From a virus (taxonomy: Duplodnaviria > Caudoviricetes), in IMG/VR virus record IMGVR_UViG_3300033153_006092, positions 1-50,021 of that record: a DNA stretch of 50,021 nucleotides; one strand, 5' to 3'. Positions 9,329 through 20,100 of the stretch are shown one piece after another. How positions within the stretch are numbered: position 1 is the stretch's first letter; every line of letters starts with the position of its first letter. The notes under the pieces are model-generated. The model was not told the DNA's origin and searched no databases. It saw only the letters and a program-made list of their open reading frames with translations. A program made the translations under genes and the position numbers.

Positions 9329-10076
9329 TGCAGGTGAATGGTTAAATGGGAAACGTAAGGCTACCTATGAATCTTATATACAATGGTCAAAAAATAATGA
9401 TAGTGTAATTCAAGTATCATATCCAAGAAGCGGCAGACATTGGATTGAATCAATAATAAAGTGGAATTTATTAGGCAAAGATGGTTGTGCGGATATACAA
9501 AACTTTGACCCAAATAATTCTAAACATTATTATTTTACTCATGTAAAAAATTGGCCGGCATTTGATGCTAATGGTAAATATGTTTATTTGATACGTGACC
9601 CAAGAGATGTATTTGTGTCCTTTATGTATTACCGAACTTGTATAAAACAGTCTTTGACAGTAGAACAATCTTTCAATGATTATGATTTTCTTGGTAAAGA
9701 GGTTAAGTCGTGGAAAAATATGTTACAGGTTTTTATTGAAACTGATTGTATTATTATTCAGTATGAAAGGATGTGTTTGTACCCTAAAATAGAATTGAAT
9801 AGGATAGCCAGATTTATTGGTGTAGATATGGTGGATAATATTGACTGCCGTGATAATGGTCATTTTATTTATTATAATCCAGATAAACCTTGTCAACCAA
9901 TAAAGAAACCTTTTGAGTCAAATATAGAGAGATATAATATCAGATGTTTGACATGGCAAAAAAATCCAAGATTTACCAAAAAACATTTTGATATTATTTG
10001 GGGTGCATTGAAAGATATAATACCATACTTTGGTTATTTAGAAAACGGTCATTCGCTAAATTTATTAGAAAGGTAA
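9306..10076 (+). CDS. PAPS-dependent sulfotransferase
   Basis: 5'-PSB loop SYPRSGRHW, 3'-PB motif LIRDPRDVFVS, IQYERM...IARFIG. TTG start inferred from the GGAGG RBS. Confidence 0.8.
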   Translation: MEILNLISAGEWLNGKRKATYESYIQWSKNNDSVIQVSYPRSGRHWIESIIKWNLLGKDGCADIQNFDPNNSKHYYFTHVKNWPAFDANGKYVYLIRDPRDVFVSFMYYRTCIKQSLTVEQSFNDYDFLGKEVKSWKNMLQVFIETDCIIIQYERMCLYPKIELNRIARFIGVDMVDNIDCRDNGHFIYYNPDKPCQPIKKPFESNIERYNIRCLTWQKNPRFTKKHFDIIWGALKDIIPYFGYLENGHSLNLLER

Positions 10077-10081
10077 AACTA

Positions 10082-10810
10082 GTGAGATTTTCTGTTATTA
10101 CTATTATTGCTAACCTAGATAAATATAGAAAATATAATTTTGATAAATGTGTTACACAATGGTTAAATCAAGACTTTGATGATTATGAATTTATATGCGT
10201 AGAAATGTCATATAAAAAAGATTTTTATATTCATGGTAATTATAATTACTATAGTGTGATTGGTGACGAATTCAAACGTGGTTGGTTGTTGAATGTTGGT
10301 GCAAAGAAATCTAAAGGCGATATATTAGTATTTGCTGATTCTGATATATTGGTACGAAAAGATTATTTAACTAAAGTTGACAATTGGTTTAAAATTGGTA
10401 TGAAAAGCGCAATAGGATTAAACCAATTGATTAGATTAAATCAAGATGGTTCAATTAAAACTTCTTGTATTGCTTCTATAAAAGGGGCGGCTGGCGGTAT
10501 AAATATATTTGATTCTCATTTCTTTTTTAAGTTATTTGGTGGTTGGAATGAAACGTTTACTTTTGGTGACGGTAATGATAATGATGGGATGTTCAGGGCA
10601 GAAGCCGCAGGTGGTCATGTAAAAATATTTCCAAGTCCAGTTATTCATCTTTGGCATCCTGGTAAAAAACATGGTATTAAAAATATGGAATTGTGGTTAT
10701 ATACACAACGGTATCCCGAAATAGTTACAGAAAAGATTTTGGAATTGGGTATTGGAAAAGACAAACCTACGGTTTATAATATTGAGGAATTGAAAAGGTT
10801 AACTAAATGA
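10082..10810 (+). CDS. GT-A fold glycosyltransferase (GT2 with GT7-like C-terminus)
   Basis: FSVIT, NVGAKKSKGDILVFADSD (DxD), GGWNETF...DND, HLWH. Confidence 0.85.
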   Translation: MRFSVITIIANLDKYRKYNFDKCVTQWLNQDFDDYEFICVEMSYKKDFYIHGNYNYYSVIGDEFKRGWLLNVGAKKSKGDILVFADSDILVRKDYLTKVDNWFKIGMKSAIGLNQLIRLNQDGSIKTSCIASIKGAAGGINIFDSHFFFKLFGGWNETFTFGDGNDNDGMFRAEAAGGHVKIFPSPVIHLWHPGKKHGIKNMELWLYTQRYPEIVTEKILELGIGKDKPTVYNIEELKRLTK

Positions 10811-11370
10811 ATATACAAGGATGGATGAGTCAATCAGAACTTATGTGGTTACAAACTATGTCAAAATCAATGCCATCTAATTCTTTAATAGTAGAAGTTG
10901 GAACATGGAAAGGCAGAAGTACGGCCGCTATATGCAATGCCTTAAATAAAAAGAGCACTTTTGTTACTATTGATACATGGTTAGGTAATAGTAATTTATT
11001 TATATATCAAAATTCATCAGCATCTTTAGTTACTGATATATTTTTAGAATTTTTAGATAATATGAAATTACTGGGTCATAATTTTAAGTGGTATAAAAAA
11101 AATACTTTTGGTTTATTTTATCTAAGAATGAAATCAGTTGAGGCCGCAAAATTATTCGATGATAAAAGTATTGATTGGTTGTTTTTAGATGGTAATCATA
11201 CAGAGGCAGATAAAGATTGTGATGCTTGGGGAGTAAAGATAAAGAGCGGCGGAGTTATATCCGGCCACGATTTTACAAATGACTTTATTAAATTGACTAC
11301 AGATGTGAAACAAAGGTACCCAAATTTATCAGTGGCAACGAATACAGGTATATGGTATTCAACAATTTAA
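10807..11370 (+). CDS. SAM-dependent methyltransferase (Methyltransf_24-like)
   Basis: VEVGTWKGRST, IDTW, LFLDGNH, GGVISGHDF. Confidence 0.85.
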   Translation: MNIQGWMSQSELMWLQTMSKSMPSNSLIVEVGTWKGRSTAAICNALNKKSTFVTIDTWLGNSNLFIYQNSSASLVTDIFLEFLDNMKLLGHNFKWYKKNTFGLFYLRMKSVEAAKLFDDKSIDWLFLDGNHTEADKDCDAWGVKIKSGGVISGHDFTNDFIKLTTDVKQRYPNLSVATNTGIWYSTI

Positions 11371-11383
11371 GGAAAGAAAATAA

Positions 11384-12376
11384 ATGAAAGATAATGAATA
11401 TTCATTATACAAATCTTTGCATCATCAATATGCGCTTAAAAATAAAATACCAGTATTATGCTATTTTTTTATAACGCATAAATGCAATAATAAATGTCCA
11501 ACTTGTTCTTCTCGATATGGTCAAAAGTTTGATGAAAATATAGAAATGCCTATTGAAGATGCGTTACCTTGTTTAATAAAATTGAAAGAGTTAGGACTAA
11601 AAGCTATTTCATTATCTGGCGGTGAGCCGTTGATGCATTCTAATTTTGGTGGTTTTGTAAGAGCCATAATTGGTATAGGATTAGATATTGCGGTTATAAC
11701 AAATGGTAGATTATTATCTAAGAAATATTTAGATGTTTTGAAATGGCTATCTTGGATTAGAGTTTCCATAAATGCAGTAAACCCAGATATATATAAATTG
11801 GTTCATGGTGCAAAAATGCCAGAGAGGTATTTTCTTAATCTAAAAGAGACTATTCCTAAGCTTAGAAAATACGGTGTAACTACTGGTGCTAGTTTTTTAA
11901 TAAATAAAAATAATATACAAGATATGCTTGATGCTGTAATAATGGCAAAAGAAATTGGTTTTGAAACATTTAGATTTAATTATACAAGAGATAGAGATGG
12001 TCTTATCTTTTACAAAGATGAAGATCTTTACAAGATAAAAGATAATTTATCTATCGCTATAAATTATAGTTGTGATAGTTTTAGAGTGCTTCCTTTGTCT
12101 GATAGGTTATTATATAAAATTAGTAAACCGTATACACATTGTTACCAAAGTGATATATCCTTATGTATAACTGCCGATGGCGGTGTATATGCTTGTCCAT
12201 TTTTGGCTAATAATCCACGTGCATTTTATGGTTCGATATATGAAAAATCTATAGATTATATTTGGTTAAACAAAAAAGAAATAGATGTGACTAAATGTCC
12301 TATATGTTGGCAAACAAAGAAGAATGAATTTATGGCATACTTAATGTCTAAACCTACTCATGTTAATTTTGTATAA
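11384..12376 (+). CDS. Radical SAM enzyme with SPASM/twitch domain
   Basis: CNNKCPTC, SGGEPL, ITNG, C-terminal C...DGGVYAC...CPIC. Confidence 0.9.
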   Translation: MKDNEYSLYKSLHHQYALKNKIPVLCYFFITHKCNNKCPTCSSRYGQKFDENIEMPIEDALPCLIKLKELGLKAISLSGGEPLMHSNFGGFVRAIIGIGLDIAVITNGRLLSKKYLDVLKWLSWIRVSINAVNPDIYKLVHGAKMPERYFLNLKETIPKLRKYGVTTGASFLINKNNIQDMLDAVIMAKEIGFETFRFNYTRDRDGLIFYKDEDLYKIKDNLSIAINYSCDSFRVLPLSDRLLYKISKPYTHCYQSDISLCITADGGVYACPFLANNPRAFYGSIYEKSIDYIWLNKKEIDVTKCPICWQTKKNEFMAYLMSKPTHVNFV

Positions 12377-12386
12377 GGTGTAAACA

Positions 12387-12572
12387 ATGGCTACATTGAT
12401 ATGGCATAAGGTTGATACATTCTTATCAAAATTACGGTCTTGTCAAAGATGTTATAATCAATCTGGTGATGGTATGATATACTCTTTAGTAGTATACGAC
12501 TACCTTTATTTGACAGAAATTACAACTATTAGTTTAAAGGAAATTGATTCAACAACAGGAGTTAGATGGTAA
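12387..12572 (+). CDS. Small hypothetical protein
   Basis: 61 aa with AAGGTG RBS, fills the gap in the operon. Confidence 0.4.
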   Translation: MATLIWHKVDTFLSKLRSCQRCYNQSGDGMIYSLVVYDYLYLTEITTISLKEIDSTTGVRW

Positions 12573-13276
12573 TGTTACTACATCAGATAAGAACAGCCTT
12601 TGCCGCCCGTATAGATAACACAGTGTATTGGACTACCGCACGTCAAAATGCCTTGGCGAATGATGCTATGCGGTCAATAGCTTCTCATTTTGGTACCAGA
12701 ATGAAAGGTTATCAAATATTATATACAGTAGATGGTCAACAACATTATGCTTTACCTGTAGATTTTATTGCCAATGATTTATTATATACTAACACTGATG
12801 AATTGATGCGAAAGATTAAATTTGTTGATAGCCCAGATGAAATATATAGCAAATATTATGACCCTGGTACTTATGAAGGTTCACCAGAACTTGCATTTAT
12901 ATGGCCTATAGATGAACGAGATAATCTATGGCTTTATCCTATACCAGATAAGCAATATACACTAGAATGGTTTTACTATAGAGAAGCACCTGAATTGGTT
13001 AATAATAATGATGAGCCTATGATAGCCAGAGAATTTCATACCTTTATTGTTGATTATATGGAAATGCGAACCAAAGTATTTGATGGCGAAATGAGTGAAA
13101 TGGAATATACGGCACTATGGGAAAAAACCTTAACAAAAATGAGTATGTTTAAAACCGCCAAAATGGCATTGACAGTAGAGAATACACCGGGTAATGCTAG
13201 AAGAAATTTTCCAGTTAGAGCTGGTGATTTGATAGACCCTGCTGATTCTAGCGGTGGAATATGGGGCATATCATGA
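12566..13276 (+). CDS. Putative head-tail adaptor (podoviral tail tubular A / P22 gp4-like position)
   Basis: YALPVDF and LWLYPIPDKQYTLEWFYY motifs; synteny. Confidence 0.65.
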   Translation: MVMLLHQIRTAFAARIDNTVYWTTARQNALANDAMRSIASHFGTRMKGYQILYTVDGQQHYALPVDFIANDLLYTNTDELMRKIKFVDSPDEIYSKYYDPGTYEGSPELAFIWPIDERDNLWLYPIPDKQYTLEWFYYREAPELVNNNDEPMIAREFHTFIVDYMEMRTKVFDGEMSEMEYTALWEKTLTKMSMFKTAKMALTVENTPGNARRNFPVRAGDLIDPADSSGGIWGIS

Positions 13277-15045
13277 GAAAGATAAGGTACAAAGATATAG
13301 AACGGTTTGACGGTGGTTTTGTAGATGCTAATTCTCTGGATATTGGAAGCGAGTCTCTGAATATGATCAGATATGCAAGCAATATACGACAGAGAAGCGG
13401 ATCAGCTTGTCCTAGGGATGGACATAAAGTGAAATGTGACTTCACACTTGTTGCAGGAATTACAAATGCTTTACAAGCTGTTTATGAATATAAAAGAGAA
13501 CAGGATGTATTAGGTGTATATTCGCTTTACAGAGCGATTGTATTCAGCACAGGGAATGATATATACTATGTAGAGACAAGCAATCCTAATGTCGCTGTAA
13601 AGATGAATAGCGTTGCAATGAATAACGATATATATTGCGCTAATGCTTTTGACCATTTATTTATTGGGGATGGCGCACATGCTATGAGGGCGTGGAATGG
13701 AAACGACCTTTATCATACTATGTTCGCCGCACCAACTGTTGCATTGTCATGTATTCAAAGCCCTGGTGCTATTACGGGTTATAGAAAATATAAATACACT
13801 TTTTATACACCATCTGGTGGCACATACCCTTATGCTAAAGAGTCTAATGCTAGTGCTGTTATGCAGATACAGTATACTGGTGGACAACGTGGTACAATTA
13901 CTATGCAGTCACCATTCCCTGATAGCCAGATAACAATGTATAGATTATATGCGACAGAGGTTGGCCCAAACCCTGATTTATTAGTAGACTATAATCTTAT
14001 GACTACTCAGGCTAATAATGTATATGTAGATAATTATCCTACTTTTACCGGAGACGCTTTTAGTGATACAGACCGTGGTGTGCCTGATACATATAAATAT
14101 TTATTGTTTGATGGTTCAAGATTATGGGGTGCATATACAGAAGAACATAAGAATGAAATTGGTTGGTCATTAAATGGAAATCCATTCTATTGGCCAGCGG
14201 TTAATTATGAACGTATTGGTATAGATGATGGAGATTTTATAACTGGCTTAGGTATGATAGCAAACATACGGTACATCTTTAAGGAACATTCTATATGGGA
14301 ATGGACTGGTAACCCTGATGTTGCTACTGAAATAGTACCAGTTGCTAGACCTGATGCTAGTCAGAATATGACAAGATTGGCAGTTGGCTGCAAAGACTCT
14401 AGGACACTAACACAATGGGGGAACTCTTTAATATTCAGGTCATCTGATGGTCATGTATATATGTTAACCACCGATAGTATAACACAATTAAGTAGGTATA
14501 TTGGCTCGCAAATTACATTACTAGATTGGGGTGCCAAGGCATGTGTTCATAATGACTATTATATTATATCATCTGGTTTATTGACTTTAGTATGTGATTT
14601 ACGTAAAGGGGTATTTGGGTGGCAAGGATATGATACTGGTGTATATCCAAATTGCTTTTGTATAACTAATGATAATTATTGTATAGGTACAGAGGGCGAA
14701 AAGATAGTTCAGTATTATGATCCAACTGAATACCAAGATTATGGCGAAGATTTTACCAAAGAGATACAGCCGTGCTTTTTAAGAGTTGGTGGTGGGAATA
14801 CACAGTCTCTCTTTAGAAGTATTATAATAGATTCACCTAATCGTGGCGAAGATATAACAGTTGAAGTACATAACGAAAATGGTGTTATAGGTGCCGCTAG
14901 TAGTTTAACATACGAAGATACAGATTCTATATGTTATATACCTAGAGGCGCTAGAGGTGTATTTATGTCTGCAATATTATCATGGACTGAAAAAATTAAT
15001 ATTATAGGTGTATCATACGGGTATCAACCAGTTAGGAGGCATTAA
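13273..15045 (+). CDS. Putative tail hub/stabilisation protein (P22 gp10-like)
   Basis: Beta-rich ~590 aa; DGDFITGL...IFKEHSIW, VGC motifs; lies between adaptor and ejection genes. Confidence 0.65.
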   Translation: MRKIRYKDIERFDGGFVDANSLDIGSESLNMIRYASNIRQRSGSACPRDGHKVKCDFTLVAGITNALQAVYEYKREQDVLGVYSLYRAIVFSTGNDIYYVETSNPNVAVKMNSVAMNNDIYCANAFDHLFIGDGAHAMRAWNGNDLYHTMFAAPTVALSCIQSPGAITGYRKYKYTFYTPSGGTYPYAKESNASAVMQIQYTGGQRGTITMQSPFPDSQITMYRLYATEVGPNPDLLVDYNLMTTQANNVYVDNYPTFTGDAFSDTDRGVPDTYKYLLFDGSRLWGAYTEEHKNEIGWSLNGNPFYWPAVNYERIGIDDGDFITGLGMIANIRYIFKEHSIWEWTGNPDVATEIVPVARPDASQNMTRLAVGCKDSRTLTQWGNSLIFRSSDGHVYMLTTDSITQLSRYIGSQITLLDWGAKACVHNDYYIISSGLLTLVCDLRKGVFGWQGYDTGVYPNCFCITNDNYCIGTEGEKIVQYYDPTEYQDYGEDFTKEIQPCFLRVGGGNTQSLFRSIIIDSPNRGEDITVEVHNENGVIGAASSLTYEDTDSICYIPRGARGVFMSAILSWTEKINIIGVSYGYQPVRRH

Positions 15046-15046
15046 T

Positions 15047-15226
15047 ATGGCTGCGGGAAATCATGTTACTAGACGGTCATTAGTTGCTATAACATTACCA
15101 GATAGAACACTTATGCAAATAACAGAGAGTAGAATACGTCAACCCGGTTTCGGAAGTGAACGCCCTAATTGGCAAAGATATGAAAGGCGTGATACAAATG
15201 CCAGAGTGGTTAGAGAAACAAGCTAG
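15047..15226 (+). CDS. Small hypothetical protein
   Basis: AGGAGG RBS before the ATG at 15047. Confidence 0.5.
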   Translation: MAAGNHVTRRSLVAITLPDRTLMQITESRIRQPGFGSERPNWQRYERRDTNARVVRETS

Positions 15227-15350
15227 AGCAATATGTGGGAAAACATATAAGCCAGGGACTAAAGCATTTAATACATGCAAATATAAATATATGAAAAGCC
15301 GTGGTTGGAAAAATAAAAAAGTCACATTGAAAAAGAAGGTGAAAAAATAA
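15198..15350 (+). CDS. Small basic hypothetical protein
   Basis: K-rich 50 aa; its stop overlaps the next start (TAATG). Confidence 0.45.
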   Translation: MPEWLEKQARAICGKTYKPGTKAFNTCKYKYMKSRGWKNKKVTLKKKVKK

Positions 15351-15904
15351 TGGGATTAAAAAGAAACCCCTATAGTGGAGAATTTACATGGGTTAGAGAA
15401 GGAGAAGAAGGTGGACTACCATGGTATTACAAATTAGGTAATATAGCCGCAAGATTACCGGGAGGCCAAATAGCAGGAGATATTTTAGGAGTTAACCCAG
15501 TAATCTCTGAACGACCACCATTACAAACTCGGCCACCGCTGGGGCCAGCGGCAGATCAAGCGGCGCAACAGCAGGCTCAATATTTCCAAAGAATAATGAA
15601 CCAGAACCTTATGCAAAATATTCTACCGGGAATAACTCAAGAATATGGAGCCGCTGGTAGACTAAGAGGTGGTCGTTATCCCGAGGCATTAGGTCAAGCA
15701 GGTATGGAAAATCAGAGATTGATAGCTGGTATGACACAACAGGGTAGTATGGACAGGTTCAAGGCATTGTTAGCCGCTCAGTTACAGCGTGAAGGTATGG
15801 ATGAAGAAAGAGCATGGAGAGAAGCGCAATTAGAAATGGAAGGTGGAACTGATTATACAGATATTGGTTCTAAGATAATGATGCTCTATCTTATGGGAGG
15901 ATAA
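15350..15904 (+). CDS. Putative DNA ejection protein (small)
   Basis: G/A/Q-rich helical protein; first of three genes of increasing size after the tail hub. Confidence 0.5.
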   Translation: MGLKRNPYSGEFTWVREGEEGGLPWYYKLGNIAARLPGGQIAGDILGVNPVISERPPLQTRPPLGPAADQAAQQQAQYFQRIMNQNLMQNILPGITQEYGAAGRLRGGRYPEALGQAGMENQRLIAGMTQQGSMDRFKALLAAQLQREGMDEERAWREAQLEMEGGTDYTDIGSKIMMLYLMGG

Positions 15905-15906
15905 TT

Positions 15907-17160
15907 ATGGCAGTACGACCATATAAAGTAAAACGACCAAGCCCTCTATTACAGTTAGCGACGGGTGCTTTATCTGCTAAACTAGAACATGAAAAAGGTC
16001 TACGTGCCGCAGAAGAAAAGAAGGCATTACTTGAATTTAAGAAACGTGAGCTGGATATAAAAGAAGGCTATAATAAAGGTTTACTATCTCGGCAGGAGGC
16101 CGAGTTAGAATATCAGAAGGCTATAGATGCACAGAAGTTGAAATGGGAACAACAAAAATTCGCCCGTGAACAAGCGGCGGCCAATATGAAAGAAATTGAA
16201 GATAGATACCAAGAAGGTTTAATAGATAAAAGAGAATTTGAACAAGAGAAAACATTAATCAATCTAAAACATAAACAAGCTTTAGAGTTAGCAGAAGCAG
16301 GTGGCGATATAACTTTAGATGTAGAGAAAGGCAAAAAAGAACTAGGTCATGTATCTTATCCTATTCTTGACCCAGAAGAAGAATTATTAAATAGAGAAAT
16401 CCAAAAAGCAAATTTATTAAACCTTCAAAGTCAAATAAAGGCTCGAGATATTGGTATTACACAAGAAGCAGAAAGAATCGCTTTAGAAAGACAACGAATA
16501 GCAAACCAAGAAGAACAATTTGATAAAAACTATCAGGCTAACCAAGAAGAATTTTCTTGGGACAAGGCTATGGATATGTTTAAGTTTATAGAAGATAGGG
16601 TACAATTCCAATGTTCTCAGCAGACCCAATTTGATTTGGCTAAATATAAACAAGAGCTTAGTATTATAGTTAACAAACCATTGTCTTATCAAGGTAGACG
16701 TGCTTTTAATGAAGCATTGTATTGGCAACATGAAGCATTAAGAACAAATGACAAAAGGGATAAGAAAACCGCAAATGCGGCAAACGAAACATTAGAACGC
16801 ATATTAGAAAAAGAAGATAACATAACAATAAAGTTACCAAGATTAGAATACGAATACAAGCCATCATTATTTCACCCCTTTAAATATGAAGTTACACCGA
16901 CTTCTGAAACTACTTATGAAAGGGGCACTACTACACCAAGAAAAATACCTGAGCCAACAAGAACTGGTATATCGCCACAAACTTTCACACCATTTGAAGG
17001 TAAGTCTAAAACATTTATTGATAACCTGTCTACTGATAATAGGTTTACTGATAATGAAGATCGCATAAAATATATTGAAGATAATAAAGAGGCATTGAAA
17101 AAGAAAGGCATAACTGATACTGATATAGATTTAATGATATTATGGTTAAGGAGACAATAA
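15907..17160 (+). CDS. Putative DNA ejection protein (coiled coil)
   Basis: E/K/Q-rich coiled coil; synteny. Confidence 0.5.
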   Translation: MAVRPYKVKRPSPLLQLATGALSAKLEHEKGLRAAEEKKALLEFKKRELDIKEGYNKGLLSRQEAELEYQKAIDAQKLKWEQQKFAREQAAANMKEIEDRYQEGLIDKREFEQEKTLINLKHKQALELAEAGGDITLDVEKGKKELGHVSYPILDPEEELLNREIQKANLLNLQSQIKARDIGITQEAERIALERQRIANQEEQFDKNYQANQEEFSWDKAMDMFKFIEDRVQFQCSQQTQFDLAKYKQELSIIVNKPLSYQGRRAFNEALYWQHEALRTNDKRDKKTANAANETLERILEKEDNITIKLPRLEYEYKPSLFHPFKYEVTPTSETTYERGTTTPRKIPEPTRTGISPQTFTPFEGKSKTFIDNLSTDNRFTDNEDRIKYIEDNKEALKKKGITDTDIDLMILWLRRQ

Positions 17161-20100
17161 TGGGTAAGCCATCAATAGATGAATTACTATCTGAAAAACC
17201 ATCAGTAGATGAATTGTTAAGTAAGCCATCAGTAGATGAACTATTATCAGGCACGGCGGCTGAAACCCTTCCGGCACCTCCTGATCTCAAGCAAACTCAG
17301 CCGCCATATACTGGCATTGGGGAGACTTCTCGCATATCTCCGGCGACAACCGCAAAAGGAGTCTCCCCTGCCGCCTCTCCAGAATTATTTTACAATAAAG
17401 AAGAATTAGATAAATTTGTTAAGCAGTATGGTTTAACACAAAAGCAAGGTTTACCATGGTGGGATAAGTTAGGATTTTTTGCTAGAGTAGGTAAACAAGC
17501 TAAGATAAATGCTTATAGTCAGACTCTTCTTGGTGAAGCTAGCGCAAAAATTGCCGGTAAAGTAGCAACAGAAGTTGCTAGGCCATATAATGTATTATGG
17601 CAATCTCTACAAGATGCGGCGGCACTTGCTAGAATAGGTACTCAGTATGCTTTCTTGCGACCACATCCCGGTACCCCTATACAAAAAAGATTACTTGGTG
17701 AAGCAATAACTACTGTTAAGAAGTACCCAGATAGAGTAGTAGATGCGTGGAATCTTGACCCTATTACCAGTCCTTTAGATACTGTTATGACAGGTGCGAT
17801 GAGTCAAGATGATTTAGAAATATTCAAGGCTAATCTAAGCGAAAAACGAATAATAGGCAAAGTATATACTGGTGTTGACCTTGCATCAATGTTAGCAGGG
17901 GATGTTTTTATAGATTATTTATTATTTGGAGTAGGTGGACGTGCGGCTACCAGAGCATTGAGTCTTAGGTCTGCAAGGTTTGCTAGAGCGGCACAAGCAT
18001 TAGCACCTACCAAATATGCAAAAGCATGGAAAGGCCATCCGATGATTGGCAAGATGGTCTTAGGAAAAGAATCTTGGGCTAAACAATTTTCTCGCACATC
18101 TGATTATTTAGTCAGACAAGGTTATGATAGTGTTATATATGATACCATAAAAAGGTCTGTTACACCTAACATTGATGAATTTATAGCACAATCATTACTT
18201 AAACCAAAGGCAGGTTTTCAAGCTGGCCCCAGATATATAGCAGGCGGTAAAGCATATCTCGATGTAGCTGGTAATGTAGTATCAAGAGAATTACCTATTA
18301 GTAAATTTTATATGAATTTGTTAGACCAAATAGATGATGCTGCCAAGAATGTAGATAACCTGACTAAGAATTTAGATGATATTACTAAAGAGAAGGCCAG
18401 ATTATCTACTTTAGCGGATGACATGGGTTTCAATAAACAGAAAACGGTCGAAGATATTTATGATCAATTTGGTCACCCTATAGTGGAACAAGCAGTAGAT
18501 ATACCTACTCGTACCAATATAGAATACTCACTATTAGATGAATTAGATACCTTGTCACGAGCCGAAGAAATGATAACTGAGGCTTTACCAAGAGCACAGA
18601 TATGGAAACAGATGGTAGATTCTAAACGGGTATCTATGCTTAATGGCTCTTTCATAGACTATGAGACTATAACAAGATCGGCTAGAGAAGCATACATTGA
18701 TAGACTTGTTAATTTGCCAAAGAGTGCAGGTGTAATAGCCAAAAAGAAAGGTATAAGTCTAAGTAAAACTATCAGAACATATAAGAAAACCGGTATTACT
18801 AAAACGTATCTACATGGCACTAAAGAACTACGAACTGCTATAAAGGCTGATATAATTAAGGCTATTGAAGCTGTGTCAGATGGTAGAGTGGTTAACTATT
18901 CTTTAGAGAAATTAACCGATGATGAATTTTTGGCATTATTTGATTATATCAATGTTTATACATCTGCACCGGAATCATTCCATAAATGGGCAGGGTTTCT
19001 AACTAAAGAATGGTATAAACATCCTAATCCCCCTTTACCACAAATCTTTGCACCATTCAGATATTGGATGCACAGAAAAGGTTTACGGCAAATACCTGAT
19101 GTTGTCGAACATGCTGATATGATGCAGACAAGAGAAGCTTTGCGGTTTAAAGATGAATGGGATGAAGTTATTGATGGGTGGAAAAAAGTATTCAAGCGCA
19201 AGCCAGAAGAAAAAGATTTTAAGCGGCTATTTGATTTAGCAGAAAACCAACAAGCGGCGTATGATGATGTAGTTAAGAGTTTTACACCATCCCAATTAAC
19301 CGCTGATAGAGTTGTAGCTGACCAATGGATTAGTCTTAGAGATTATTATGGTAGTAAGTTTAAAGCCCAAGGTAAATTCTCTGATGCTATCCCAGAGATA
19401 GAAGATTATGTAACATGGTTTACCAAAAAAGTAGAAGATATACCAATAAGTGAAGAATTTAGATTAAATAGGTTTGTTGAAACATTGAATAGGCGTAGGC
19501 CAAAAGCTATGGATAAAATTACTGTACCTATTCTAAAGAAGCGTGTAAGACATATAGCACCTGAACTTAAGAATTTAGAAAGTGCTTATGTAGATTATCT
19601 TAACTATGCCGCATGGAATTCTAATATGGAACCGGCATTAAGAAAAGCCAAAACTCTTGCGTCATTAACTGGTGATAAAATAGTTATAGATAAAACAACT
19701 AATTGGATTAACTATGCTATTAGAGGTTTGCCAACCAAATATGAAACATGGACAGACTATCATATATCAAACCGGCTTATGGACGCCGTAGAAACTGGCA
19801 CTAAATGGTTACCAGAAAGAATGAGAATCAAAGCACAAGTTAGGTCTACTAAACAGTTGCTAACAGCATGGCGACGTGCTACATATTCTGGTGCTATGAT
19901 AAATCCAACGCCAATGGCCAATAATATACTACAGAATATAATGAATATTGCACCAACAAATGTTAATTCATGGGGACATGGTGTAAAGTCTATGTTTACA
20001 GAGGGCGGGCAAGAGTTAGCAGAAAAGCATAATACCTTATTGTTGCAGAGGATGCCATTGGAAGGCTTTACTGTTACAGATTTAACTAAAGTTGAGAAGT

